Notes: a model not told the origin generated them from the sequence alone. Positions 1 through 11,053 are shown, numbered from the whole stretch's first letter. The stretch is DNA of 63,491 nucleotides, filler included, from Globobulimina sp. (GCA_003354225.1; 48 parts of 48 records of this genome joined end to end with filler, not necessarily neighbours in it); one strand, 5' to 3'. Made by a program: numbers and translations.

Positions 1-4
1 CGCA

Positions 5-1069
5 GTGTCGGTGAAGTCGGCTAAAATCGGCATCGCAGTGGTTATATTCTGCTATAACCGGCATTCATATTTGGAGCGCACTTTGGAATCCGTCTTCAAT
101 ATCTTGCCGCCGGCCTCTTTTTCTGTGTTCATATCGCAACAGGGCTACGACGAAGGTGTCACGGAAGTGATTGCCAAGTATAGCGACGCGGGCAAGGCGT
201 ACTGGTTAGGTTTCGATTATGAAGAGACGGAGCAACAAATCATGCGAGGCTTCGAGGAGCAACGCTGGAAAGTTTACCACAAAATATCGGCGCATTATAA
301 GTTTGCATTTGAATATTTATTCGACACATTGAACTATGACAAAGTCATCTCGTTGGAGGACGACATGGAACTCAGTCCGGACTTCTTCAGTTTCTTCAGC
401 AGCACTGGCAAATTGATGGACGCGGACCCGTCGATTTTCTGCATTTCGGCCTGGAATGACTATGGACAGCGGGACTTTGTGTATGACTCGAAAGCGTTGT
501 ATCGGACGGATATCTTTCCCGGTTTGGGCTGGATGCTCAGCCAAAGTATCTGGAACGAGCTGCGGGCGGACTGGGCATTGGCTTTTTGGGACGATTGGCT
601 GAGGGAACACCAACAGCGGAGGAATAGGTCGTGTATCCGGCCGGAGATCAATCGCGTTTATACGTTTGGGTCGAGCGGGAGCAGTGAGGGGCAGTTTTTT
701 AATAAGTACTTGCGCACAATCGAGCTGAATAAAGATGATATTGACTGGAGTGAGCAGCATGATATGATGTTGAATTTGTCCCCGAGTGAGAATTATGACA
801 TTTATTTGCGAAAATTGATCGAGAAATCGAGGGAGACTGAGATCGAGGAAGTGTTTGCGTTGCGGCAGAAAGCGATGCCTTTGGACTATGTGGTGAGGTA
901 CCGCGATTTGGAGGATTATACGGCGAAGTCCAAAGTGTTGAATCTGATGGAGGATCATAAGGATGGAGTGCCGAGACAATCGTATCGCGGCATTGTAGTG
1001 GTGAGATGGAAAAATCATCGGATTATGTTTGTGCCGCAAAAGGTTGAATGGAGTGAAAGAACTTTTTAA
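5..1069 (+). CDS. MGAT1: Alpha-1,3-mannosyl-glycoprotein 2-beta-N-acetylglucosaminyltransferase (GnT-I, GT13), 5' truncated
   Basis: GT13 motifs: YHKISAHYK, LEDD, CISAWND, DIFPGLGWML, FWDDWLR, CIRPEINR, GSSGSSEGQFF, DGVPRQSYRGIV. Confidence 0.92.
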   Translation: MSVKSAKIGIAVVIFCYNRHSYLERTLESVFNILPPASFSVFISQQGYDEGVTEVIAKYSDAGKAYWLGFDYEETEQQIMRGFEEQRWKVYHKISAHYKFAFEYLFDTLNYDKVISLEDDMELSPDFFSFFSSTGKLMDADPSIFCISAWNDYGQRDFVYDSKALYRTDIFPGLGWMLSQSIWNELRADWALAFWDDWLREHQQRRNRSCIRPEINRVYTFGSSGSSEGQFFNKYLRTIELNKDDIDWSEQHDMMLNLSPSENYDIYLRKLIEKSRETEIEEVFALRQKAMPLDYVVRYRDLEDYTAKSKVLNLMEDHKDGVPRQSYRGIVVVRWKNHRIMFVPQKVEWSERTF

Positions 1070-1226
1070 TTGAAAGCTTGTTTTTGTGTAGAAATGTTGA
1101 GAACAAACACTTGTTTCTATATTTAAACAAACGGCTGAACGATGTGTCGATCGTAAATACATTTGAAACAAGATTTAGTTGAAAGGAAGCAACAAACAAT
1201 GTTATATTTCATCATCATTGTCAATA

Positions 1227-1326
1227 NNNNNNNNNNNNNNNNNNNNNNNNNNNNNNNNNNNNNNNNNNNNTTAATTAATTAANNNNNNNNNNNNNNNNNN
1301 NNNNNNNNNNNNNNNNNNNNNNNNNN
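1227..1326. other. Artificial contig-joining linker N44-TTAATTAATTAA-N44 (first of 47 copies, recurring every 1326, 1325 or 1324 nt)
   Basis: Identical 12-mer giving stops in all six frames, flanked by N runs at regular spacing; explains the XXX...LIN tails in the ORF track. Confidence 0.99.
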
Positions 1327-1518
1327 ACTGTTTATGACATTGTTTAAAATGACTCCGAAAAAAGTCCAAGTTTTACGAATATTACAAAACAATATATAAG
1401 ACATTGTTCAACAAAACACACTATACCCAATATTGTTTTGATATGCGTTATGTCAACAACAAACTCCATAACACCCCCCCCTGTCACGTGTTTTTAGTGA
1501 TCGGAGTTCAGCTTTTGC

Positions 1519-2319
1519 TCAGTCAATAACAAATTTTATGTTCATCTCGTCAATTATTTCAAACACATTTGATGCTCTCACCAACCCACTATCTATTAAT
1601 TGACATTCATGCAATAAAGTGTTTGCCATAAACTCCCAAAACATGACTGTTGGAACAGCTATCAACTGCTCAACTAATCCGATTTCCTCCATTGCAAACC
1701 AGCCCCAATCAATTGGAGATTGTTCAAATAGTCCATGTGCATATATATAAGCAGTGTCGTTGAGATCTGCTTTTGGAGACAGACCAAAAGGCACTGTCTT
1801 GTCAAGCATATCTTGTCTGGTCAATGAATGCTTAAAAGTTATCTTTCGAATTTCAGTCACAAATGCATAGCTAAAGTCTAACTCCATGGTAAAATTCCAA
1901 ATGGTATGTTCGAGCTCCCCACCAAGGTCCATCTCTACGAACATATGAAGACTCGCCGATCCATCATAAATCTTAAGCGTCACAGCAGTCTCAACACCAT
2001 CTACCATCGACCAATGAGCTGCGAATCGAAGCACTTTGTCTGTTGTGCTAAACTGGACAATATAGCATCGATGCTCCATAATCAATTTCTCATTTAATGG
2101 CATCAATATTGACACGATGTCAGTCATCGGCGAATATCGCAAGGTGAGATTCAAAAATATGCGCTCACTCTCATTGTACCGTGTTTTGAAGTTAGTGCTG
2201 TTTGTAACGAGTTTAAGGTCTTCAATATGTCCGCTATCAACTAAATAAACGCCTGGACTCTCAGGAATTTGATAGTCTTTATTGGTATTTGTAAATTTTT
2301 GCTGTGCACATACCATCAA
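1519..2319 (-). CDS. Hypothetical protein
   Basis: 266-aa open frame, no recognisable motif. Confidence 0.45.
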   Translation of the reverse strand: MMVCAQQKFTNTNKDYQIPESPGVYLVDSGHIEDLKLVTNSTNFKTRYNESERIFLNLTLRYSPMTDIVSILMPLNEKLIMEHRCYIVQFSTTDKVLRFAAHWSMVDGVETAVTLKIYDGSASLHMFVEMDLGGELEHTIWNFTMELDFSYAFVTEIRKITFKHSLTRQDMLDKTVPFGLSPKADLNDTAYIYAHGLFEQSPIDWGWFAMEEIGLVEQLIAVPTVMFWEFMANTLLHECQLIDSGLVRASNVFEIIDEMNIKFVID

Positions 2320-2703
2320 AAAATTATCTTTTCCTTTTTTAATATGTTTTGTTTCAAACCAATCTGTTAATATATCTTCTATCCATTTGTTAATAGTCGC
2401 ATTGTAATAATTGGGTTTTATTAAATCTTCAAAAATATTTATTGTTTACACTTGCGGCTGGTTTTCCATATCTAAATCTTCTTCTATTTGAATCCTAATA
2501 ATTATATGATGTCAATAGACCATTAATGCCCCAATAATCTGCGTTCCTTTTGNNNNNNNNNNNNNNNNNNNNNNNNNNNNNNNNNNNNNNNNNNNNTTAA
2601 TTAATTAANNNNNNNNNNNNNNNNNNNNNNNNNNNNNNNNNNNNNNNNNNNNCATTTAAGACCTATATTACCACCAAATTCACCAACAATTTTATTAGAG
2701 TTT

Positions 2704-3627
2704 TTGGATAAGTTTTTAAAAATTGCCCCAAAGAATAGAATTAAAGTCAACGCATTAACAGCTCCAACTTGGTTACATACATTCGATGTAGATTTATCGC
2801 AACTGGCTCAGTTACGAGAGATGCAAAATGAATGTATACAAACAAATGATCGGAGTTTTGGGAAATTATTATTTTTTATATCGGAGTGGATTGAGAAAAT
2901 GGAATATGAATTTCAAATATTTAAACTTATCTTTGGTGAAAGGTCGTATAGATCACAAAAAAACAAAAAACCTTTTAGAACGAGTATATTATATCAGGTG
3001 TTGTATGCAATTGAGAATGGAATAAACAATTTAAGTTTCTATAATTGGCAGACTGTATGTTATCTTCATCGGAATTGTGACCATCCTTCGGGTGCATTCA
3101 AAGACATTAGAAATCATTGGGCGAGCAAAGTCAGTATGTTTCATGAATTGGGACAATTTCCATGTCTTTTAGCATGTGGCAATGCATTGGATCGTGTATG
3201 GGTAGAAAGTCTAAGGAAATATATATTGCCCATACAATGTGTAGAATGTCCCGCATCGAGTCAACGGAAAACAATGCTCGATGATTGGTTGTCTAATAAA
3301 GCATTGATGTTAGATGAGCAACCAATTAATAATGGATTTGAATTTGCTACGATTGAGGAAGAAAAGGTTGATGATACAATATTTTTGGTAAATTATAATG
3401 AAAGGAATAAAGAAAATAATATGCTTCAATGTGATACGCAAAAATGCTTATTTGAGGAGACTATATTTGGAGAAACAGCAAAATATGACACGGAATTCGA
3501 ATGTGATAAATGCTCTGGAACAGATTTCTTGAAAAAAAGTGTGTGTTTTGAGTGTTTAAAATATAACAATGTTGTATGTGTTGAGTGTGCATTAAAATAT
3601 TATAATAAAATTGTAGATTCAGATTAA
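2704..3627 (+). CDS. Hypothetical protein with C-terminal Cys-rich (putative Zn-finger) region
   Basis: 307-aa ORF; CDKC...CFEC...CVEC cluster at the C-terminus. Confidence 0.5.
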   Translation: MDKFLKIAPKNRIKVNALTAPTWLHTFDVDLSQLAQLREMQNECIQTNDRSFGKLLFFISEWIEKMEYEFQIFKLIFGERSYRSQKNKKPFRTSILYQVLYAIENGINNLSFYNWQTVCYLHRNCDHPSGAFKDIRNHWASKVSMFHELGQFPCLLACGNALDRVWVESLRKYILPIQCVECPASSQRKTMLDDWLSNKALMLDEQPINNGFEFATIEEEKVDDTIFLVNYNERNKENNMLQCDTQKCLFEETIFGETAKYDTEFECDKCSGTDFLKKSVCFECLKYNNVVCVECALKYYNKIVDSD

Positions 3628-3979
3628 AATATTATATAATTTTCAGATTTAATCACACAAACTACTATTTTTTATCAGACCTGTTTTTTATTGATAATTG
3701 TCTCCGAATTGGTTGAATTTCGATAATTGTATTTCTTGTAACGACTTGGCAATGTATTTTCGTGTCATGTAATACCAGATACATTTGCAAGATTTGCAGA
3801 ACCTGAATCGACATATTTTTGATAGATCTTAATTGCATAAATAAATTGTGGTCGTTTGGCCAAACTAAAATCGACTTANNNNNNNNNNNNNNNNNNNNNN
3901 NNNNNNNNNNNNNNNNNNNNNNTTAATTAATTAANNNNNNNNNNNNNNNNNNNNNNNNNNNNNNNNNNNNNNNNNNNNT

Positions 3980-4741
3980 GGAGTTCTATCCTCGCAAATT
4001 ATTTTGAAAAAAGGCGACGATTTACGCAAAGATGCGGCGTGTATGATGGTGTTCAAATTTATGAATGAGATTTGGAAAAGAAATAACATAAATTATGACG
4101 GTAAAACCATAAATATATTGACTTACAAAGTGATTCCAATGACTCGCTGCTTTGGCTGCATTGAATTGATCGCAGATTGTGTAGGTTTGCGCGATATAAA
4201 CAGTATCAAAAAAGATTTGATTGACGATACTGCAGAATATGGCGATGATTTGTATATGAATAATCTGATCGCCTCGGCAGCAGCGGCCTATGTTTCATGT
4301 TTGATCATTGGAATAAGAGACCGCCATTACGACAATCAGATGATACGCAAATTCGATTATAAACTGTTTCATATTGATTTTAATTTTATATTTGGGGAGA
4401 AAGCGTCGTTGGACGCATCGGAACTTGGTATTACATATAGTTTGGCAAAGATCATGGACACAAAATATAAAATATTTGTCGAAGTAGCAGTGGCAGCACA
4501 TCAAGTGTTGCGAGAGTGTTGTCAGGAATTGATTGATTTTGCTATAATGGCATTTTCCTATGTGTATCAAGCCAAAATTATCAGGCAATAAATAAGCAAG
4601 AAATTGCGGTTAAATTTGGATGATTGTAAAGCGAAAAATTGGTTAAGGAAGAAATTATTGAAAGCACCGCAAAATACACAAACTGTGTTGAAAAATACTA
4701 TTCATAAAATTGCTTTGTTGAAAAATACACAATGGGATTAA
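3980..4741 (+). pseudogene. PI3/PI4-kinase catalytic domain (C-terminal part) interrupted by one in-frame TAA at 4589-4591
   Basis: KKGDDLRKD, GIRDRHYDN, LFHIDFNFIFG; the same frame continues after the TAA as ISKKLRLNLDDCKAKNW...KNTIHKIA, typical of PI3K C-terminal helices, to TAA 4739-4741. Confidence 0.8.
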
Positions 4742-4930
4742 TTGCTGGTAAATATATATCTACTCTTTTTTTTTTGTTGCAATGGATAAAGAATGTGTTT
4801 GGTTTCATATCCAAATCTCTTATTGTCTGTAGCTAATATCTAGTAACATTCATAAAAGAAAAAACTGTGTCTGTTCTAGTGCAAACATGGCAGTCGAATA
4901 ATTTAATTTGTAGTTCGATTGTAAACGACA

Positions 4931-5122
4931 ATGAACGACGTAAATGAAGATATAATAATGAAGCAATTAATTGAATTTGGATATAATAAGAAAGAAATTG
5001 AATTAGCAATGCAAACAGTCAATAATCCAAATGATATTAATTCCATTGTTGATAAAATTGAGCAGAATCAACAAATACATTTTACAGCGGAGAAGAAGAG
5101 AAAGAGATTGATTATAATTTGA
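4931..5122 (+). CDS. UBA-like domain fragment
   Basis: MKQLIEFGYNKKEIELAM...NDINSIVD resembles the UBA three-helix pattern (L..MGF....ALL). Confidence 0.45.
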   Translation: MNDVNEDIIMKQLIEFGYNKKEIELAMQTVNNPNDINSIVDKIEQNQQIHFTAEKKRKRLIII

Positions 5123-5304
5123 AATTAAGCGACAATGATATTTATCGATATTGCAAAGCAGGTTCAATATCAAAACATAAATTAGCACCGATACTTTATC
5201 ATGANNNNNNNNNNNNNNNNNNNNNNNNNNNNNNNNNNNNNNNNNNNNTTAATTAATTAANNNNNNNNNNNNNNNNNNNNNNNNNNNNNNNNNNNNNNNN
5301 NNNN

Positions 5305-6530
5305 ATATATTTTCACTGTCAATGCATACAATTTTGACATTAACAAATTTGTTCTGTGAGTGTCATAGTCCGTTTGTGATGGTTTCAGTGCTTTCAATTC
5401 CTTCTCCACACTGTTATTATGCTTGCAATTAATATTAATTCTTTCGTGGTGTATTCCATTGCGGATAAGAATAAGCACCTTACCGTAGCCATTTTTTTTC
5501 ATTGCCATCGTTTTATATCCTTTTATGTGCATTTTCCAATTATTACAACTCCGATCATAGAATTTATACGCTTCCTGCAACACAAATATATCCGGGCACT
5601 TTGTACAAATAATATAATGTAAATGCGTCCTAATATTCATTGTAAAACCATCGACATTCCATTGACAAATCAATAAACCGCTTTTGCGTTCAAATAAATG
5701 TTCGTTCCGCAGTTTATTATTTGTTTCAATCTCATTCAGAATTTCGTCTTGAATTAAATCGTCGTCATCAACAACAACATTATTTGCAATTTTGTCTTCA
5801 ATCAAAGTTAAATTATCATGCTTTAAATAAACAGTGTCCGCCTTTCCGTTTTCATCGCCAATAATGGCTCCAACTTCGGTGCAAACACTGTTTTCTAATA
5901 ATACATTTGAAACAGTATTTAAATTATGGATATTAACAATTTCAGAATCGTCGCATTCAGTTTCCTTGGTAACGCAAATAACGTCGCCAGATACCAAATT
6001 TTGCGGCGATTCAGGATCAATTCTTACAGTTTTGTCTCGAAATAAATCATAATTAAAACAATACTCCGCTGCAACAGTAATTTCGTGAGAATCGGAGGAA
6101 TTAACACGAAAATAATCAGTAATTTTACGTTTTGGGGGCTTGGGGCAATCCATCGTAATTTTTGGGTGTCATTATAGATGAGATTGCTCTCAGCCACTTA
6201 GTTCCTGTCAAATGAGAATTGACCGGATAAATTCTTCGCATTTTCAAATTTCTCGATACCATTTAATATCAATTTGCCGTCTACCTTTTGGATCGACCGA
6301 TTTCCGCACAATTCCGCAACTATATGGTCGCTGAAACAGCAATACTCCAAAATACTGCGTGCTTCATTTAATGTGACATTTCCGCCCTGATCAACAATTT
6401 TCTTCTGCAACTTCGTCGTCTGAACGCTACGCATTTTCTCCGCGAAGCTTTCATTCCCAAACTCGAACTGCGACGAGACATTAGATTCAGTGGGCAATGC
6501 ACCTGTACTGACACCAACTGATTCTGTCTC
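5305..6530 (-). mobile_element. Non-LTR retrotransposon (LINE) fragment: possible ORF1 tail (6198-6530) and start of ORF2 (6153 to contig end) with APE endonuclease
   Basis: APE motifs ICQWNVDG, PDIFVLQE, IKGY, GKVLILIRNGI. Confidence 0.8.
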
Positions 6531-7956
6531 NNNNNNNNNNNNNNNNNNNNNNNNNNNNNNNNNNNNNNNNNNNNTTAATTAATTAANNNNNNNNNNNNNN
6601 NNNNNNNNNNNNNNNNNNNNNNNNNNNNNNTGGAAGGTAATTAGGTAAGTTTTAAAGTTTTTTTTTAAGATGTTTTTGATTTAATTATTTTCAAAAAATA
6701 AGGAGAGACCAATTACGAAAATTACATAGCTCATGCAAACAGTTGATATTTCTTTGATTAGTCGTTTACTGGCATAATTATTAACGCTACAACTTTTATT
6801 TCACAATGCAACGAATTGTAGTATTTCTCTAACAAGTTTAATTTAATTTAAATAGTAAAATTTGTCTCATTTTGTCATATTGTAAAAGGCGAACAACTCT
6901 AAAATTATTAATCAAGTCAATGTATATGCATATGCTACATATCCTGACATTTTATTTTGACTCATTTTTGTGTGCATAAATAAACGAATTACAACAAATA
7001 TTGTAACCAAACATAATGCATTCCAAAAAATGCAATCTATTGATAACAATATCATTAAAATCTTACATGTAATTGAACTGCTTCTGATCTCTAATTGAAT
7101 AGCAAACCATCCATGGAATGGGCCAGCACTCAATAAAGAAAATACGCAGGTCATGGATGCTAATATAGTCTGTTTTGTATATATTTATCGGAAAATCATA
7201 ATCTTCAAATATCAGAAAAAACGTAACGTAAAGAAATATGCCAGATCTTTGTAATTTCGTTGTTTGGTAAATTAAAAAGCGATATGATATAAAGAACTAT
7301 GTGTAATTCATAATTATTGACAGTTAATTCAAAGAACAGTTGCAAACAACTTAACCGCATATGTTGCCAATGCCATTACTCCAAAACAAACTAGTACAAA
7401 ATTCAAAATATAAACAATTATAACAAACCTGCTACAAAAACGTAACTCAGAAATGACGATCCCAAGGTGTTGATATGTCTTTGTTTGGTTGCAAATAAAA
7501 TTATTGTTGTGATAAAGTCCATAACTGATGATGCTAATGTTCCGTACCATTGGTATTTAAATATTCTTGCTGCAAAAATGGAAGTCATATGCAGACCATC
7601 TTCCATTGGGGAAAAGTGAATAACAGGACACCAAGACGGAAATGTCCGAAAATGCCTTTGTATATGTCACCTCTTAATAATAATTAACATGATTTTACAT
7701 TAAAATCAAATGATCATACCATGGAATTGTGTCATTGTCACTTTGCAAAACGTCATCCGCATATTCTTCATCATATTTTTGCTCCTCAAGCATTTTAACT
7801 AGAGTTTTTGGTTTAACTTAAGTTTGTTTTTTGTTAATTGTGTTAAATTGGATAATNNNNNNNNNNNNNNNNNNNNNNNNNNNNNNNNNNNNNNNNNNNN
7901 TTAATTAATTAANNNNNNNNNNNNNNNNNNNNNNNNNNNNNNNNNNNNNNNNNNNN

Positions 7957-8961
7957 GATCCACACACCATCTACAACAAACCGGTATTGATATGTGCCGG
8001 GATCAAGAACGATACTCTTTGACCATGTGCCGTCTCCATTACGCTTCATGTCAGATTCTTTGGCCGGGTTCCAGTTATTGAAATTTCCTACAATTTTAAC
8101 GGAAACCGCTTTGGGAGCATGGAAGGCAAACTGCTGTTTTGCCTTTGTTGGAAAGGATAACGACCAGTCCTGTTCGACAGGTTTTTCTACCGGTCTTTTT
8201 TCTTCTGCTGTGACTTCCTTTGCAAGGGCCATATAGTCTCTGAAGCCCTGAGTTTTTTGATTAAAATCCACGATGGATTTTCCAAAACCTGCGGCTTCCT
8301 TCAGTTTAACATTCAAATTAACAACGGTTTTAAACTTGGAGCCATTAAAATGATTGTTAATATCATTCAGGACCTCTTTTGAGATTCGTGTTCGCCTATC
8401 ATACATGGTTGCAATAACGTTTACCTGAATTTTATGCCCGGTTTTTTCCCGGACCATGTTTATTATCTCCAGCAGTTTGCTGATTCCATGCAGGGAAAAC
8501 AAGCTCATTTCAATTGGAACGATTACTTCTGTGGATGCAATGAGCGCGTTAAACGTCAGCAGTTCGAGACTGGGCGGACAATCTATTAGTATGTAATCAT
8601 AAATTCGATTTAAACCGTCAATGGATTCCTTAAGTCTGGACTCTCTGCCCGCCACCCCGGACAAATGCTGGCCAAATGTGCTTAAGGATATGTTTGATGG
8701 CACCATATAGAAATTTTCAGCCACTTTAATGGTTGCATCATCAAGGGATGGTTTAACACCATCGGAGATGCAAAGGGTGTCAAACACCGTTTTTTCCAGA
8801 TCACCGGAATTGATGTTTAATCCTACGGCTGAATGCCCCTGGGGGTCCATATCGATAAGAAGTACGTTTCGCCCTTTATGGGCCAGGCATGCTGATAAAT
8901 TAATTGCTGTTGTTGTCTTTCCACACCCGCCTTTTTGATTGGCAATCGAAATAATCCTCAT
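7957..8961 (-). CDS. Bacterial ParA/Soj-family ATPase fused to a C-terminal CBM48 (AMPK-beta-type glycogen-binding) domain, 3' truncated
   Basis: Deviant Walker A NQKGGCGKTTT, A' LLIDMDPQG, Walker B DYILIDCPP, TMYDRRT; C-terminal GNFNNW...GTW...LDPGTYQYRFVVDGVW; ATG at 8961 with Shine-Dalgarno; intronless. Confidence 0.92.
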
Positions 8962-8967
8962 TTTACA

Positions 8968-8973
8968 CCTCCC
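8968..8973 (-). promoter_or_regulatory. Shine-Dalgarno GGGAGG for the ParA-CBM48 gene
   Basis: GGGAGG 6 nt upstream of the ATG at 8961 on the minus strand. Confidence 0.8.
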
Positions 8974-9067
8974 GTTGTTAATGAAATTGAATTTATGGTG
9001 CCGGGTCATCGTTATTTTTGCGAATTCATTTCTGCTGGTCGGTTCGGGTCGGTCTTGGAATCATACC

Positions 9068-9109
9068 AAAAAACCTCCAATGGATTATGAAAACTCCCAT
9101 GGAGGTTTT
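9068..9109 (-). terminator. Intrinsic terminator-like hairpin upstream of ParA-CBM48
   Basis: Minus strand AAAACCTCCATGG...CCATTGGAGGTTTTTT: inverted repeat followed by a T6 run. Confidence 0.6.
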
Positions 9110-9659
9110 ATACGAGTAGTTTTTGAACCCCTTTCATCATATTATATTTACAATACAGAGGTTTAAAATTTAAAGACAGATANNNNNNNNNNNNNNNNNN
9201 NNNNNNNNNNNNNNNNNNNNNNNNNNTTAATTAATTAANNNNNNNNNNNNNNNNNNNNNNNNNNNNNNNNNNNNNNNNNNNNACAATAACAAAAATCTGG
9301 AAAGATGAAAATTGCGTTTTGTATTGTTATGGCTTGTGTTTGTGTATTCATCTTCACTCAAATCGATCTGACTGTTTATATTGTTTGTGTTTTCGGTGAA
9401 TTTATAAGAGAAACAGATTGCTTTGTATTGAGCATGCTCAACACAAAGCAATCTGTTTTCTCGTGTATATTCACCGAAAACACAAAAGAGTCCAAATAAA
9501 ATATTGGAGTAAACCAATCAAACCGTGCAAGGATACCTTCATCATTATGAAGTGCAAGGATACTTTCATTATGAAATAATTATAACTTTAAATTTATGTT
9601 ACTGTTACACTTATATCTTGTAACAAAAACATAGAAATAATATAAGGTAATATATATAG

Positions 9660-10508
9660 TTAATGTTCAATTGCTAAAACCTTTTGAACCATTTTCTTTT
9701 TTGCTTTGCTCTCCCCCACCAATATACCATAATGCTGTGATAATATATCCCATTCAGTATGATCGCCATCCCTTCGATCGGGATGTGCGTCCAATGCAAA
9801 TTGCTTAAATCTTCGTCTTAATTCTTTTTTATTAAATATTCTCTTCTTCTTAATGTCTCTATATTGATAATGGAAATATTTCAACGCCTCTTTGACGGCA
9901 TCTTTTCTCGCTGCTTCTTCGCCATCAGGAAAATAATTTTCATATAAAAGTGCTGCTCCTTTACCACAAAGAAAACCAAGTATTGCACCAGCCACAACAC
10001 CAACAGCTGTACCTAAACCAGGACCAAATGCAGTACCAATAGCAGCACCTGCTTTTGCACCACCTATCATGCCACCGAATGCCGCTGCATTTCTTACCAC
10101 TATTTTACCAGTTAATCGTAGCCATTCTTTACCAGATATTTGTCCCGTTCCCCATCTATATCCATTTATTGCCATTTCCGCCAATGATACAATTAACATA
10201 GTTGCTCCTCCTGCATTTAAAACATTTTTAGTAGCAAATACAGCTTTTCCTCCTGCCTTTGCCGTAAATTCAACTAATTCCGTGTATAAAACAATTCCGC
10301 CGAAACCAGCTGCCATTACACTTGGTGCTTTTTCAATATATGGCATAACCGCATTAAATCTCTCCACTCCAATCATTGCCATTAGCATTTTTTTGCCCCA
10401 CTGTTGTAGTTAATATATATATATATAATATCACATAACTGATATAAATCAAATTACATATATTAATGTTACATAACTGATGCTTTATCATCATTTTGTT
10501 TTGCTTCC
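9660..10508 (-). CDS. Glycine-zipper membrane protein with C-terminal DnaJ (J) domain; intron 10401-10477; 5' truncated
   Basis: GMIGGAKAGAAIGTAFGPGLGTAVGVVAGAILG; KELRRRFKQFALDAHPDR (HPD); phase-0 GT-AG intron restores the frame. Confidence 0.75.
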
Positions 10509-11053
10509 NNNNNNNNNNNNNNNNNNNNNNNNNNNNNNNNNNNNNNNNNNNNTTAATTAATTAANNNNNNNNNNNNNNNNNNNNNNNNNNNNNNNNNNNN
10601 NNNNNNNNTACTGTATCATGGCTTGCGCGACAGCCCCAAAGCCGTAACATGGCTGAATTCACCCAATGCACTAAAACGGACAAACTTTGCTCCCCTGATG
10701 AACGCAGCAAGGAATGAAAAGAAAAGAAATGTTGTGCACATGTGTCGTGACTCATCAACTACCATACCATATTTTGTTACGACGAAATTCTTTTTTGTTA
10801 CAGTCGATAATGCTTCGTTCTAATATTATCATTCCTTGTCCGTCTAGAGGTCAGATACATAGTTATGAAAGATGGTCCTACCACAGAGTTGTTGGGTACG
10901 GGGAATTACTTTTTAACCGATTGGAAGTGAATTGCTAGCTAATCATTCAAAGCCAGTATAGAAGTGTCCGATTAGGTTGCTACCCCAGTGGTTTCGGTAA
11001 CGAGGGATTCAATCCACACAACACAGCGGCATTTCTCCAAACTGATCGGGAGT

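Noticed and set aside
317-1171. 284-aa antisense ORF over GnT-I, and similar antisense ORFs over ParA, RPC2, the sirtuin and the PAS fragment
   Set aside because: These are shadow frames of well-supported genes on the opposite strand and carry no motifs.
6631-7856. Short hydrophobic ORFs as a receptor gene
   Set aside because: They are fragmented across frames, and I could not build a consistent gene model.
8962-9009. 16-aa N-terminal extension of ParA from ATG 9009
   Set aside because: A strong Shine-Dalgarno precedes ATG 8961, and Soj-type homology starts at MRIISIANQKGG.
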